Positions 40,666-53,500 of a stretch of 64,000 nt of DNA are shown piece after piece. Each line of letters begins with the position of its first letter. Positions within the stretch are counted from its first letter, which is position 1. Origin of the DNA: Escherichia coli (GTDB taxonomy: Bacteria; Pseudomonadota; Gammaproteobacteria; Enterobacterales; Enterobacteriaceae); NCBI RefSeq assembly GCF_011045215.1, contig NZ_CP049201.1; one strand, written 5' to 3'. Both the position numbers and the translations under genes were made by a program. Below the pieces are notes generated by a model. It was given only the letters and a program-made list of their open reading frames with translations, did no database searches and was not told where the DNA came from.

Positions 40666-41283
40666 TTAATCGTGGCGATGCCTTTCCTGAATAGCCGTTA
40701 ATGAGCCGACTTCTAACGCCTCTTTATAGTGTTTACGGCATACAGAAACGTAGCGTTCATTACCACCAATAACCACCTGCTCACCTTCGTTATAAGGTCT
40801 GCCTGCTTGATCAAGACGCAGCACCATGCTTGCTTTACGGCCACAAAAACAGATGGTTTTTAATTCAACCAGTTTGTCGGACCATGCCAGTAAGTATTGG
40901 CTGCCAATAAATAATTCACCTCGAAAATCGGTACGTAAACCATAACAAAGTACGGGTATATCGAGTTGATCGACAACCTCCGATAATTCATATACTTGTT
41001 GTCTGGTTAAAAACTGGCATTCATCAACCAGTACGCAATGAATTGCCTGCTGTTCATGTTCCGCACGAATCTCATCAAATAATGATGAATTTTGGTTAAA
41101 TAATTTTGCAGGCGATGACAAACCTATACGCGAACTGACTTTCCCGGCACCAAAGCGATCATCAATTTCTGCCGTATATACGACAGTGCGCATGCCGCGT
41201 TCCTGGTAATTGTATGAAGATTGCAACAATGCTGTAGACTTACCCGCATTCATTGCGGAATAGTAGAAATATAGCTGTGCCAT
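40666..41283 (-). CDS. tdk: thymidine kinase
   Basis: 205 aa, P-loop MNAGKST. Confidence 0.95.
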
Positions 41284-41886
41284 CAGCCACAGGCCCTCAA
41301 TGATATGAAATAAAGTTGGCTGGAGTTTATCATAATTCGTCAGTTTTTCAGCTCAACAGTATGCACAGAAGTGGTATATGCGTTCTCCCTTACGAAGCCT
41401 TGCATAATCCTTCTGAGCTATCATTACAACTGCCTCGCTTGTTATAAGCGGGTAAATGACTGCTGGTAACTATTCACAATCTTTAACCTGTTGCGCAAGT
41501 AATAGCCCTCTGTTGACCTCCAGGAGATAGTGCAATACTAAGTCCCTGCTCTTATTGCGACTGTTCTACTTTTCATCATTCGCTTAATAGGGAATTCTCG
41601 TAAACACGACTAATACAGAAGACTGAAAGGTCGTCAGCCTACGATGATCTCCCCATAAAATGTGACATGAATCAGGAAGTTTTAACCTCACGTGCTGCGA
41701 AATCATCGGTGCAAATAGGGCTATATGCCGCGTCTTTTCTGGCTAATTTTATGAAAAGATATTTATTGGCGGCACAAAATAAAGAACAATTTTGAATTCC
41801 TTACATTCCTGGCTATTGCACAACTGAATTTAAGGCTCTATTATTACCTCAACAAACCACCCCAATATAAGTTTGAGATTACTACA

Positions 41887-42300
41887 ATGAGCGAAGCACT
41901 TAAAATTCTGAACAACATCCGTACTCTTCGTGCGCAGGCAAGAGAATGTACACTTGAAACGCTGGAAGAAATGCTGGAAAAATTAGAAGTTGTTGTTAAC
42001 GAACGTCGCGAAGAAGAAAGCGCGGCTGCTGCTGAAGTTGAAGAGCGCACTCGTAAACTGCAGCAATATCGCGAAATGCTGATCGCTGACGGTATTGACC
42101 CGAACGAGCTGCTGAATAGCCTTGCCGCCGTTAAATCTGGCACCAAAGCTAAACGTGCTCAGCGTCCGGCAAAATATAGCTACGTTGACGAAAACGGCGA
42201 AACTAAAACCTGGACTGGCCAGGGCCGTACTCCAGCTGTAATCAAAAAAGCGATGGATGAGCAAGGTAAATCCCTCGACGATTTCCTGATCAAGCAATAA
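41887..42300 (+). CDS. hns: nucleoid-associated protein H-NS
   Basis: 137 aa, [20 protein letters not shown]... Confidence 0.97.
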
Positions 42301-42326
42301 TCTTTTGTAGATTGCACTTGCTTAAA

Positions 42327-42351
42327 ATCCCGCCATCGGCGGGATTTTTTA
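42327..42351 (+). terminator. rho-independent terminator of hns
   Basis: ATCCCGCC-atc-GGCGGGAT followed by TTTTTT. Confidence 0.7.
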
Positions 42352-42387
42352 TTGTCCGGTTTAAGACAATTTAATAAGAATAAGCTA

Positions 42388-42418
42388 TAAAAAAACGGCG
42401 TCGATTGCTCAACGCCGT
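42388..42418 (-). terminator. rho-independent terminator of galU
   Basis: ACGGCGT...ACGCCGT hairpin with T-run on minus strand just downstream of galU stop. Confidence 0.55.
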
Positions 42419-42443
42419 TTCGTGGATAACACCGATACGGATG

Positions 42444-43352
42444 TTACTTCTTAATGCCCATCTCTTCTTCAAGCCAGGCTTTAAATTCCGTGCCAAGGGT
42501 GTTATGACGAATACCGTATTCAACGAAGGCCTGCATGTAACCTAATTTATTACCGCAGTCATGGCTCTTCCCTTTCATATGATAGGCTTCAACCGTTTCT
42601 TTTTCGATTAGCATATCAATTGCGTCGGTGAGCTGAATTTCATCACCAGCTCCCGGAGGGGTTTTTGCCAGCAACGGCCAAATATCCGCACTAAGTACGT
42701 AACGACCCACAATAGCGAGATTAGACGGCGCAACATCCGCTTTTGGTTTTTCAACCACGCCAACCATCGGTACGCTTTCACCCGGCGCTAATTCAACGCC
42801 TTTGCAATCCACAACGCCATATGCGGTCACATCAGCAACCGGTTCAACCATGATCTGGCTATGACCCGTTTCATCGAAGCGGCGGATCATCTCTGCCAGG
42901 TTATCCTGTGACAAATCGGATTCATATTCATCCAGAATAACGTCAGGCAAAATAACAGCCACAGGTTCATCACCCACTACCGGGTGAGCACACAATACCG
43001 CGTGTCCCAGGCCTTTCGCCAGCCCCTGACGAACTTGCATAATAGTTACGTGCGGCGGACAAATAGACTGCACTTCATCAAGCAGTTGACGTTTTACACG
43101 TTTTTCCAGCATTGCTTCCAGTTCAAAACTGGTATCAAAGTGGTTTTCAATAGAGTTTTTAGATGAGTGTGTAACCAGCACAATTTCAGTAATGCCAGCC
43201 GCAATACATTCATTCACGACGTATTGAATTAAAGGCTTATCGACAAGTGGCAGCATCTCTTTCGGGATGGCTTTCGTCGCCGGCAACATCCTGGTTCCTA
43301 ATCCCGCAACGGGGATAACGGCTTTTTTGACTTTCGTATTAATGGCAGCCAT
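42444..43352 (-). CDS. galU: UTP--glucose-1-phosphate uridylyltransferase
   Basis: 302 aa, nucleotidyltransferase motif [15 protein letters not shown]. Confidence 0.95.
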
Positions 43353-43553
43353 TTAAATTCTCCTGGACTGTTCGTGTTTTGAACGTGTTCATATTTCTGT
43401 ATCGCATCCCAGTATATCAGCACCCCAGAGGGGCTAAGTTCTGAAAAGGATGCGAGTTAGCATAATTAAGACAATTACTTATACGAATGGCGACGATAGT
43501 ACCACCAGCCGACATTAGCTGGTAATGCAAATTTAGCCCGCGTTATCGTTTGC

Positions 43554-44567
43554 TCATTCTGCAGACAACATCAAGCGCAGCCGACCACCGGTTCCCCATA
43601 TTTGGCATTGCCAGGCATCGCATCGCTGGCTCAATTGATTCAAATAAGCGTTACCTAAAGTGCCTAACGGAACACCATTACTGATTTGCACCTGGTGTTC
43701 GCCGGTATTTAACGTCGCATTCAGACCCGCAGAAACCAGAATGAGATTTTTCAGTTCGCGATGATAATAGCCAACTAATAGCGGAAACTGCCCCGGCAGA
43801 TTGGCCTGACGGAGTAAATGGTTTACCTGCTTCAATAACGCGCCCAACTCTGGCAACCGTTGATTTTGGTGTGCAAGCTGTTCCTGTAATAATCCGTTAA
43901 ACAATGCGCGTAATAACAAGGCAGCAAGTACGCCATTATGTCCAGCTCGGGTTACATCAAGGCAATAAAATGCCAGATCGTTTTCCGAAAGTGCGGCAAT
44001 ATCAAGCACCAGGCCGGGTTTGTCCGCGGCAACCAATTGACGATAATTAACCCGGCAATGGGAAATCACCTGCTGAACCGGCGGTTGTAGTTCCTGTAAT
44101 AATTTCGCCGCTGCGGCAGGGTTATCAACCATTGCATCCCAGTCGCGAAAAAGCCTTTCCTCTTCCTCAACGCGCGAATTAAACATGCTGGGATAGAGAC
44201 AGGCAAAAACCATCTCGCGCAAGCGATTCAGATCTTTAACTGGTTTCAGCAAAACATCTTCAACGCCCAGACGTAACGCTTTGGCAATATCTGCCATATT
44301 TTCAGTGGCAGATATCACCAGAACTGGGGTCTGGTCGCCTCTGTTACGTATATGCTCCAGCAGTTTAAGCCCGTTCATTCGTGGCATCGCGATATCACAT
44401 ATCATCAGGTCTGGAGTGAAACCTCCCAGCAACTCAAGGGCATCCACCCCATCAGCCGCCAGTACCGTTGTCGCTCCCAATGAGGAAAACCACGAATCCA
44501 GAAGCGAGCGAAATACCTGCTCATCTTCAACAATGAGAATCTGTTTTCCGACCAATGGCTGCGTCAT
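43554..44567 (-). CDS. rssB: RpoS-degradation adaptor response regulator RssB
   Basis: 337 aa with receiver domain (ILIVEDE...). Confidence 0.95.
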   Translation of the reverse strand: MTQPLVGKQILIVEDEQVFRSLLDSWFSSLGATTVLAADGVDALELLGGFTPDLMICDIAMPRMNGLKLLEHIRNRGDQTPVLVISATENMADIAKALRLGVEDVLLKPVKDLNRLREMVFACLYPSMFNSRVEEEERLFRDWDAMVDNPAAAAKLLQELQPPVQQVISHCRVNYRQLVAADKPGLVLDIAALSENDLAFYCLDVTRAGHNGVLAALLLRALFNGLLQEQLAHQNQRLPELGALLKQVNHLLRQANLPGQFPLLVGYYHRELKNLILVSAGLNATLNTGEHQVQISNGVPLGTLGNAYLNQLSQRCDAWQCQIWGTGGRLRLMLSAE

Positions 44568-44658
44568 GTTCTCTCCCCTGACTGGCTTTACTCAATAGTG
44601 GCATGCTATTGCCACCTGCGCCTGTCAGAATTAACTTAAGTGTAGATAAAAATTCTGG

Positions 44659-45564
44659 TCAAATGTTGGTGCGTACCAACGGCAAAAGTTCGTCCATTTT
44701 CTTTTCCACTGCCAGCTGCCCGGCCGCAATGGCAGCGTGCGCGCGATGGAAATCAAGCGTAGATATTTGCGGGCAAACAGGTTGAATCAGAATATCGGGC
44801 GGATCACCTGCCATGCGGTTCCTTTTAAGGCGGTTCTCCAGCACCTGGATAGAAGTGGTCATAATCTCTGTTGCCGTTGGTGCTGTCACCGCCCGACGTG
44901 TCGTTATGCTGCCTAACCTTTCTTTCAGACGCGCATGCCACGGCAGAGAATCACCATTCTCGCTATTTTCTTCACTGACATTAAAGGAGAGCAAATCTTG
45001 TTGCATCAAATGAGCATCGTGCTGCAGGTCGACCGCTATCACAATGTCAGCACCCAATGCACGCGTGAGCGAAATAGGAATTGGGTTAACGACTGCCCCA
45101 TCAACCAGCCAGTAGCCGTTATGCGCAACGGGTGCCATTAGTCCTGGAATACTGCATGATGCGCGAATAGCAAGATGGAGATCGCCTTCAGTAAACCATA
45201 ATTCACGCCCCGTACTTAAATTGGTGGCAACAGCCGCGAAGCGACGGGAACAATTTTCGATCTCTGTTTCCGGCATTATTTCGCGGTATTGATTGAAGAC
45301 ACGCTCGCCGCGCAGTAACCCACCGCGCTGCCAGGAGAGATCCATCAGGCGTAAAACATCCCAATAACTGAAAGAGGTTACCCAATCTTCCAGCGCAGAT
45401 AATCGATCGCATGCATAGGCCGCGCCCACCAGCGAACCAATTGAACATCCTGCAACGATATCAATTTCAATACCCACTTTTTTTAGCGCATTAATAACGC
45501 CAATATGCGACCAACCTCTCGCCGCGCCAGATCCCAGCGCCAGCCCTATTTTTATCTTTCTCAT
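44659..45564 (-). CDS. rssA: patatin-like phospholipase RssA
   Basis: Trimmed to MRKIKIGLALGSGAARGWSHIGV start; GxSxG motif. Confidence 0.85.
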   Translation of the reverse strand: MRKIKIGLALGSGAARGWSHIGVINALKKVGIEIDIVAGCSIGSLVGAAYACDRLSALEDWVTSFSYWDVLRLMDLSWQRGGLLRGERVFNQYREIMPETEIENCSRRFAAVATNLSTGRELWFTEGDLHLAIRASCSIPGLMAPVAHNGYWLVDGAVVNPIPISLTRALGADIVIAVDLQHDAHLMQQDLLSFNVSEENSENGDSLPWHARLKERLGSITTRRAVTAPTATEIMTTSIQVLENRLKRNRMAGDPPDILIQPVCPQISTLDFHRAHAAIAAGQLAVEKKMDELLPLVRTNI

Positions 45565-45676
45565 TATTCCCGCAAGATTCCCCTGGAATGCAATCGTAGC
45601 CACATCGCTACTGCTCGGTTAACATAGTGCTACTCAGGCGGTTAATACGCCGTTATTGTTTCCAGGGAGATTATTT

Positions 45677-46135
45677 GTGTCTCAGCTTTGTCCCTGTGGT
45701 AGTGCTGTCGAGTATAGCCTATGTTGCCACCCTTATGTGTCTGGTGAAAAGGTTGCACCTGATCCAGAACATCTCATGCGTTCGCGTTACTGCGCTTTTG
45801 TGATGCAAGACGCAGATTATTTAATAAAGACCTGGCATCCATCTTGTGGGGCAGCGGCGTTACGTGCCGAATTGATTGCCGGATTTGCGCATACTGAATG
45901 GTTGGGATTGACCGTATTTGAACATTGTTGGCAGGACGTCGACAATATCGGATTTGTCAGTTTTGTTGCTCGATTTACCGAAGGTGGCAAAACAGGTGCA
46001 ATAATTGAACGTTCGCGATTTTTGAAAGAAAACGGTCAATGGTACTATATTGACGGTACACGTCCGCAGTTTGGCCGCAACGATCCCTGCCCTTGTGGTT
46101 CAGGTAAAAAATTTAAAAAGTGCTGCGGCCAATAA
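45677..46135 (+). CDS. ychJ: SEC-C motif protein YchJ
   Basis: GTG start after GGGAGA; two CPCGS-type metal-binding motifs. Confidence 0.85.
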   Translation: MSQLCPCGSAVEYSLCCHPYVSGEKVAPDPEHLMRSRYCAFVMQDADYLIKTWHPSCGAAALRAELIAGFAHTEWLGLTVFEHCWQDVDNIGFVSFVARFTEGGKTGAIIERSRFLKENGQWYYIDGTRPQFGRNDPCPCGSGKKFKKCCGQ

Positions 46136-46184
46136 TGGTTGACGGTACGGTTTAGCAAACACTCTCAACAAGGTTTTTCCAGCA

Positions 46185-47027
46185 ATGCATTCACTCCAAC
46201 GTAAAGTTCTGCGTACTATTTGTCCGGACCAAAAAGGTCTGATCGCACGTATTACCAATATTTGCTACAAGCACGAGTTAAATATCGTACAGAACAATGA
46301 ATTTGTTGATCACCGTACCGGGCGCTTTTTTATGCGCACGGAACTGGAAGGGATTTTTAATGATTCCACCCTGCTGGCGGATCTCGATAGCGCATTGCCA
46401 GAAGGCTCCGTGCGTGAGCTGAATCCTGCCGGTCGTCGCCGGATAGTGATTCTGGTCACTAAAGAAGCGCATTGCCTTGGCGATTTGTTGATGAAAGCCA
46501 ATTACGGCGGCCTGGATGTCGAAATCGCGGCAGTTATTGGTAACCACGATACTTTACGTTCTCTGGTTGAGCGTTTTGATATACCGTTTGAGCTGGTAAG
46601 CCATGAAGGGTTAAGCCGCAACGAGCACGATCAAAAGATGGCGGATGCCATTGATGCTTATCAACCTGACTACGTGGTGCTGGCGAAGTATATGCGGGTA
46701 TTAACACCGGAATTTGTGGCACGCTTCCCGAATAAAATCATCAATATTCACCATTCATTCCTGCCAGCGTTTATCGGCGCACGTCCTTATCACCAGGCCT
46801 ATGAACGTGGCGTGAAGATTATTGGCGCAACAGCTCACTATGTGAATGACAATCTGGACGAAGGCCCAATCATCATGCAGGACGTTATTCATGTCGATCA
46901 TACCTACACAGCTGAAGATATGATGCGCGCAGGTCGTGACGTCGAGAAAAACGTCTTAAGTCGCGCGCTCTACAAAGTACTGGCGCAGCGCGTCTTTGTT
47001 TACGGTAATCGGACGATTATTCTTTAA
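46185..47027 (+). CDS. purU: formyltetrahydrofolate deformylase
   Basis: 280 aa, ACT domain plus formyltransferase core. Confidence 0.95.
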   Translation: MHSLQRKVLRTICPDQKGLIARITNICYKHELNIVQNNEFVDHRTGRFFMRTELEGIFNDSTLLADLDSALPEGSVRELNPAGRRRIVILVTKEAHCLGDLLMKANYGGLDVEIAAVIGNHDTLRSLVERFDIPFELVSHEGLSRNEHDQKMADAIDAYQPDYVVLAKYMRVLTPEFVARFPNKIINIHHSFLPAFIGARPYHQAYERGVKIIGATAHYVNDNLDEGPIIMQDVIHVDHTYTAEDMMRAGRDVEKNVLSRALYKVLAQRVFVYGNRTIIL

Positions 47028-47186
47028 TCGCCAGCAAAAATAACTGGTTACCTTTAATCCGTTACGGATGAAAATTACGCAACCAGTTCATTTTTCTCAA
47101 CGTAACACTTTACAGCGGCGCGTCATTTGATATGATGCGCCCCGCTTCCCGATAAGGGAGCAGGCCAGTAAAAAGCATTACCCCGT

Positions 47187-47271
<85 letters not shown>

Positions 47272-47430
47272 TCACTTTCAAAAGTACCTGAACTCTCAAG
47301 CGAATCCGTAAATAAATATTCTGCCCAAGCGGGGAAGGACGAGAAGCTTCGACCAAGGTTCGACTCGAGCGCCAGCGAGAGAGCGTTGCCGCAGGCAACG
47401 ACCCGAAGGGCGAAGCGCGCAGCGCTGAGT

Positions 47431-47449
47431 AATCCTTCCTCCACCACCA
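47431..47449 (+). repeat. direct repeat of the tRNA-Tyr 3' end (tyrT downstream repeat unit)
   Basis: AATCCTTCCTCCACCACCA matches the tRNA 3' terminus with one mismatch; an AAGGTTCGAcTC partial copy lies at about 47357. Confidence 0.6.
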
Positions 47450-47632
47450 TTTCTTCCTGAAATACTCAAAACCTGTTACTCCGAGCTAATTTTGCCCGAT
47501 GGCACCGCGTTTACCGGACCTACAATATCCTCCCCTGTAGGTCGGATAAGCGAAGCGCATCCGACAACTCACCCCGCACCGTGCCCATAAAAAAACCCCG
47601 CCGAAGCAGGGTCTATGTGAACTAAAATTCGC

Positions 47633-48310
47633 TTAGTGACGAGCGCGCACCAGCTGGTACTTACGTGTCAGATACTCCACCGGTACGCTCCAGATGTGTA
47701 CCAGACGCGAGAACGGGAACAGCAGGAATAACGTCATCCCCAGCACCAGGTGTAGACGGAAGATAAACGCCACACCATCGAGGTGTTGAGAAGCGCCACC
47801 GTGGAAGGTCACCACCGACTGCGCCCAGCCAACCAGTTTCATCATCTCGCTACCGTCCATATGTTGGGCGGAGAACGGAATGGTCAACAGGCCCAGCGCG
47901 CACTGGATAACGAGCAGCGACAGGATCAGGATATCCGCTCCGGTAGTGGTTGCACGCACGCGTGGGCTGAACAGACGACGCTTAAGCAACAGTAGGCCGC
48001 CAATCAGACACAGCACGCCGCTGGCACCACCAGCAAACATCGCCATTTTCTGTTTCACTTCAATCGGCAGCCAGGCTTCATACATCCAGTGCGGCGTCAG
48101 CATACCGAAGAAGTGACCGACAAAAATCCCCAGAATACCGATATGGAACAGGTTCGACGCCAGGTTCATCCCTTTGCGATCCAGCATCTGGCTGGACGCC
48201 GCGCGCCAGGTGTACTGCCCGTAGTCATAACGCAGCCAGCTACCAATCAGGAAGACCGCCCCGGCTATGTACGGGTAGATATCAAAGAAGAACATATTCA
48301 GGAATTGCAT
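47633..48310 (-). CDS. narI: respiratory nitrate reductase gamma subunit
   Basis: 225-aa membrane cytochrome b; last gene of narGHJI. Confidence 0.95.
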   Translation of the reverse strand: MQFLNMFFFDIYPYIAGAVFLIGSWLRYDYGQYTWRAASSQMLDRKGMNLASNLFHIGILGIFVGHFFGMLTPHWMYEAWLPIEVKQKMAMFAGGASGVLCLIGGLLLLKRRLFSPRVRATTTGADILILSLLVIQCALGLLTIPFSAQHMDGSEMMKLVGWAQSVVTFHGGASQHLDGVAFIFRLHLVLGMTLFLLFPFSRLVHIWSVPVEYLTRKYQLVRARH

Positions 48311-49020
48311 TAGTGCTGTCCTCCGGTGGTGATATTCAGATATTGCGGCGCGACGGCACCGGCAAAGCGACGCTGATGAGCAGTGATTGCTGAATCACCG
48401 CAGCCTTTGTCAGCAAAGAATTTAACCTGCTCTTCTTCCCAAACAGCATCCAGCGCCTGCGGCGTATCATCGCGCGCTTCGTCGGCAATTTTTTCCGCCA
48501 CTTTGTCGCTGTCGATAGCGGTATTGGCCAATTTCAGCAGCAGATCAAACAGCACGGCATAACGGCTTTCACGCTGTTGCAGACGCGCGCTCAGCAATGC
48601 CAGAATTGGCGCGATATCTTTCAAACCTTCCACGGCTTCGCTTTGCGGCAGCTGCGACAGGTACTCCAGATACAGCGGCAGATGATCCGGCAATTCGCGG
48701 CTGTTTAACTGCAAGCCGTGCTGCTCGTACTGCGCCAGCAGGTCCACCATCGCCTGGCCGCGGTCGCGGGATTCGCCGTGCACATGTTCAAACAGCAACA
48801 GTGACGTGGCGCGGCCACGGTCGAACAGTTCGCTGTACTGCGCCTGGGCATCGAGCGGATCCATCGTCGTTAAATCGCGCAGGAAAATGCCCAGCGCATG
48901 GGCATCCTCTTTTGGCAGATTTTTCGACGCGGCAATCGCCTCAAACATCTCTTGTTGATGCTGCCATAAGGCAGCATCCGGATATTCAAGGAGACGCGAT
49001 ACAATCACGAGTTCGATCAT
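48310..49020 (-). CDS. narJ: nitrate reductase molybdenum cofactor assembly chaperone
   Basis: 236 aa, operon position. Confidence 0.95.
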   Translation of the reverse strand: MIELVIVSRLLEYPDAALWQHQQEMFEAIAASKNLPKEDAHALGIFLRDLTTMDPLDAQAQYSELFDRGRATSLLLFEHVHGESRDRGQAMVDLLAQYEQHGLQLNSRELPDHLPLYLEYLSQLPQSEAVEGLKDIAPILALLSARLQQRESRYAVLFDLLLKLANTAIDSDKVAEKIADEARDDTPQALDAVWEEEQVKFFADKGCGDSAITAHQRRFAGAVAPQYLNITTGGQH

Positions 49021-50555
49021 GGATGCGGCTCCGTTTTGCTGGTCACATCGATGGCATCGATACGACGGCTGTTGAACAGATTGAATTTGGTATCTGAACC
49101 GTGGCAGCCATCACCAAAGGTAAAGCCGCAGCCATTTTTCTCCGGGAAGGCTTCCCGTGCCAGTTCACGATGACTACTCGGCACCACAAAGCGATCTTCG
49201 TAGTTAGCAATCGCCAGATAACGGTACATCTCCTGTGCCTGGGCTTCGGTCAGACCGACCTCTTCCAGCGCACGGGTATCAACTTTACCGTCAACGGTTT
49301 CAGCACGTTTGTAATGACGCATCGCCAGCATACGTTTCAGCGCGCGCAGTACCGGTTTGGTATCACCGGCGGTCAGCAGATTCGCCAGATACTGTACCGG
49401 AATACGCAGGCTTTCGACGTCTGGCAGAATGCCGTTGCTACCCAGCTCACCCGCGTCTGCTGCAGACTGAATCGGAGACAGAGGCGGCACGTACCAGACC
49501 ATCGGCAGTGTGCGATATTCTGGATGCAGCGGCAGCGCCAGTTTCCATTCCATTGCCATTTTATAAACCGGCGACTGCTGTGCAGCTTCAATAACGCTCA
49601 GCGGAATACCGTCTTTAATCGCCTGCTCGATGACTTTCGGATCGTTCGGATCGAGGAACACCTCCAGCTGACGCTGGTAGAGATCTTTCTCGTTCTCGGT
49701 GCTGGCTGCACGTTCAATCGCGTCGGCATCATACAGCAGCACGCCAAGATAACGGATACGACCGACACAGGTTTCTGAGCACACGGTCGGCTGACCCGCT
49801 TCAATACGCGGATAGCAGAAGATGCACTTCTCAGACTTACCGCTCTTCCAGTTGAAGTAGATTTTTTTGTACGGGCATCCGGTGATGCACATACGCCAGC
49901 CACGGCATTTATCCTGGTCGATCAGGACGATGCCATCTTCTTCACGCTTGTAAATCGCACCGCTCGGGCAGGTCGCCACACATGCCGGGTTCAGGCAGTG
50001 TTCGCACAGGCGCGGCAAATACATCATGAAGGTGTTTTCGAACTGGCTATACATCGCCTTCTGGATGTTGTCGAAGTTCTTGTCTTTCGCCAGCTTGTCA
50101 AACTCACCGCCCAGGTCATCTTCCCAGTTCGGCCCTTTTTCGATTTTCGCCATCCGTTCCCCGGTAATCAGCGAACGCGGACGGGCAATCGGCTGCGATT
50201 TGCTGCCTTCCGGCGCGGTATGCAGGTTCTGATAGTCAAAATCGAACGGCTCGTAATAATCGTCGATCCCCGGCAGATGCGGGTTAGCGAAGATTTTACC
50301 CAGCAGCATGGCACGGTTACCCATGCGCGGTTGCAGTTTGCCGTTGATTTTACGGATCCAGCCGCCTTTGTATTTTTCCTGGTTTTCCCAGTCAGTCGGG
50401 AAGCCCTGGCCCGGCTTGGTTTCCACGTTGTTGAACCACGCGTATTCCACGCCTTCACGGCTGGTCCAGACGTTTTTACAGGTAACTGAACAGGTGTGGC
50501 AGCCGATGCACTTATCGAGATTCAGCACCATGCCGACTTGTGAACGAATTTTCAT
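49017..50555 (-). CDS. narH: respiratory nitrate reductase beta subunit
   Basis: 512 aa with Cys clusters for Fe-S. Confidence 0.95.
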   Translation of the reverse strand: MKIRSQVGMVLNLDKCIGCHTCSVTCKNVWTSREGVEYAWFNNVETKPGQGFPTDWENQEKYKGGWIRKINGKLQPRMGNRAMLLGKIFANPHLPGIDDYYEPFDFDYQNLHTAPEGSKSQPIARPRSLITGERMAKIEKGPNWEDDLGGEFDKLAKDKNFDNIQKAMYSQFENTFMMYLPRLCEHCLNPACVATCPSGAIYKREEDGIVLIDQDKCRGWRMCITGCPYKKIYFNWKSGKSEKCIFCYPRIEAGQPTVCSETCVGRIRYLGVLLYDADAIERAASTENEKDLYQRQLEVFLDPNDPKVIEQAIKDGIPLSVIEAAQQSPVYKMAMEWKLALPLHPEYRTLPMVWYVPPLSPIQSAADAGELGSNGILPDVESLRIPVQYLANLLTAGDTKPVLRALKRMLAMRHYKRAETVDGKVDTRALEEVGLTEAQAQEMYRYLAIANYEDRFVVPSSHRELAREAFPEKNGCGFTFGDGCHGSDTKFNLFNSRRIDAIDVTSKTEPHP

Positions 50556-53500
50556 TTTACGCTCTCCTGTACCTGGTCATTGCCTTCGCCATCTAACCAG
50601 TCAATGTTCTTCATCTTACGCACTACAACAAACTCATCGCGGTTAGAACCTACGGTGCCGTAGTAGTTAAAGCCGTATGCCAGATGGGCATAGCCGCCGA
50701 TCATATGCGTCGGTTTCGGTGTGATGCGGGTGACCGAGTTATGGATACCACCACGCTGTTGGGTAATTTCCGAACCAGGCAGGTTAACGATACGTTCCTG
50801 CGCGTGGTACATCATGGTCATCCCTGCCGGAACACGCTGGCTGACAACCGCACGGGCAGTCAGCGCACCGTTGCTGTTGAAGACTTCAATCCAGTCGTTA
50901 TCGGCGATACCCAGATCTTTGGCATCGGCTTCGCTCAACCAGACTACCGGACCACCGCGACCTAAAGTCAGCATCAGCAGGTTGTCGCTGTAGGTGGAGT
51001 GGATACCCCACTTCTGGTGCGGCGTCAGGAAGTTGAGCGCTTTTTCCGGGTTGCCGTTGGATTTCTGGCCTATCACTTCTTTCACCGAACGGGTGTCGAT
51101 CGGCGGACGATAAACCAGCAGGCTTTCACCGAAATCACGCATCCACTGGTGATCCTGATACAGTTGCTGACGACCAGAGAGCGTACGCCATGGGATCAGC
51201 TCGTGAACGTTGGTGTAACCGGCGTTGTAAGAAACGTGTTCATCTTCCAGACCAGACCAGGTCGGGCTGGAGATAATTTTGCGCGGCTGTGCCTGAATAT
51301 CGCGGAAGCGGATCTTCTCGTCTTCTTTATTCAGCGCCAGATGCGTATGGTCACGACCGGTAAATTCGCTCAGGGCAGCCCAGGCTTTCACGGCTACCTG
51401 ACCGTTGGTTTCCGGTGCCAGTGTCAGGATCATCTCTGCCGCATCAATTGCGGTGTTCAGCATCGGCTGGCCTTTCGCCGGACCTTCCGCTTTGGTGTAG
51501 TTGAGCTTACGCAGCAGATCCATCTCGCTCTGGGTGTTCCAGGCAATCCCTTTACCGCCGTTACCGATTTTCTCCATCAGCGGGCCGATAGAGGTAAAGC
51601 GTTCGTAAGTTGCCGGATAATCGCGCTCTACGACCATAATGTGCGGTGCAGTTTTGCCTGGGATCAGGTCGCATTCGCCTTTTTTCCAGTCTTTCACATC
51701 CAGCGGCTGCGCCAGTTCAGCGGCAGAGTCGTGCTGGATAGGCAGCGTGACGATGTCGGTTTCTTTACCCAGATGGCCGACGCACACTTCGGAGAATTTC
51801 TTCGCGATGGCTTTGTAGATTTCCCAGTCGCTTTTCGCTTCCCAGGCCGGATCGACCGCCGCAGACAGCGGGTGAATAAACGGATGCATATCCGAAGTAT
51901 TCATGTCGTCTTTTTCGTACCAGGTCGCCGTCGGCAAAATGATGTCGGAATAGAGACAGGTACTCGACAGACGGAAGTCCAGCGTAACCACCAGATCCAG
52001 CTTGCCTTCCAGACCATTGTCCTGCCAGTCCACTTCTTCCGGCTTCACGCCGCCCTGCTGCCCCAGATCTTTACCCTGGATACCGTGCTCCGTCCCCAGC
52101 AGGTACTTGAGCATAAACTCATGACCTTTACCGGAAGAACCGAGCAGGTTAGAACGCCAGATGAACAGGTTGCGCGGGTGGTTTTTGCCGTTTTCCGGCT
52201 GTTCCGCAGCGAAACGGATAGAACCCTCTTTCAGGGATTTCACCGTATAGTCCACCGGATTCATCCCGGCTTTTTCTGCTTCGCCAGCGATAGTCAGCGG
52301 GTTAGTGCCTAACTGCGGCGCAGACGGCAGCCAGCCCATGCGTTCTGCACGGACGTTAAAGTCGATCAGATGTCCGGTATAGCGGGATTTATCCGCCATC
52401 GGCGACAGCAGTTCTTCCGCAGTCACGGTTTCATAACGCCACTGGCTGGAGTGGTTATAGAAATAAGAGGTGCTGTTCATGTGACGCGCCGGACGCTGCC
52501 AGTCGAGGGCAAACGCCAGCGGCTGCCAGCCGGTTTGCGGACGCAGTTTTTCCTGACCTACATAGTGCGCCCAGCCGCCCCCGCTCTGACCGACACAGCC
52601 GCAGAAAATCAGCATGTTGATCAGACCACGATAGTTCATATCGAGGTGATACCAGTGGTTCAGCCCCGCACCGACGATAATCATCGAACGACCGTGCGTT
52701 TTATCAGCGTTATCGGCAAATTCACGGGCGATGCGAATAATCTGGCTGCGAGAAACGCCGGTAATCTGCTCGGCCCAGGCCGGGGTATAAGCTTTCACAT
52801 CGTCATAGCTGGTTGCACAGTTAACGTCGTTCAGGCCACGTTCCAGACCGTAGTTTGCCAGCGTCAGATCATAAACGGTGGTCACCAGGGCGGTGCTGCC
52901 ATCAGCCAGTTGCAGGCGTTTCACCGGCAGTTTGTGCAGCAGCACGTTTTCCAGTTCCACTTTGTTGAAGTGTTCCGTGCCGTCGCCACCAAAGTACGGG
53001 AAGCCTACCTCAGCGATCTCATCCTGGCTACCCAGCAGGCTCAGTTGCAGCTCGGTTTCTTCGCCAGTTTTGCCGTCGCGCTGCTCAAGATTCCATTTGC
53101 CCTTCTCGCCCCAGCGGAAGCCAATAGAACCGTTCGGCGCAACCATTTCGCCATTGGTATTAAAGGCGACAGTTTTCCATTCCGGATTGTTTTCCTGGCC
53201 CAGCGCATCAACCAGATCAGCAGCGCGCAGCATACGACCTGCAGCGTAGTAACCGTCGCGTTCTTCCAACATCACCAGCATCGGCATGTCGGTGTAGCGA
53301 CGCACATAGTCGGTGAAATACTGGCTTGGGTTGTCGAGATGGAATTCACGCAGCATTACGTGGCCCATCGCCAGCGCCATTGCCGCATCGGTGCCCTGTT
53401 TCGGTGCCAGCCACAGATCGCACAGTTTGGCGATTTCAGCGTAGTCTGGTGTGACGGCAACAGTTTTGGTGCCTTTGTAACGCACTTCAGTAAAGAAGTG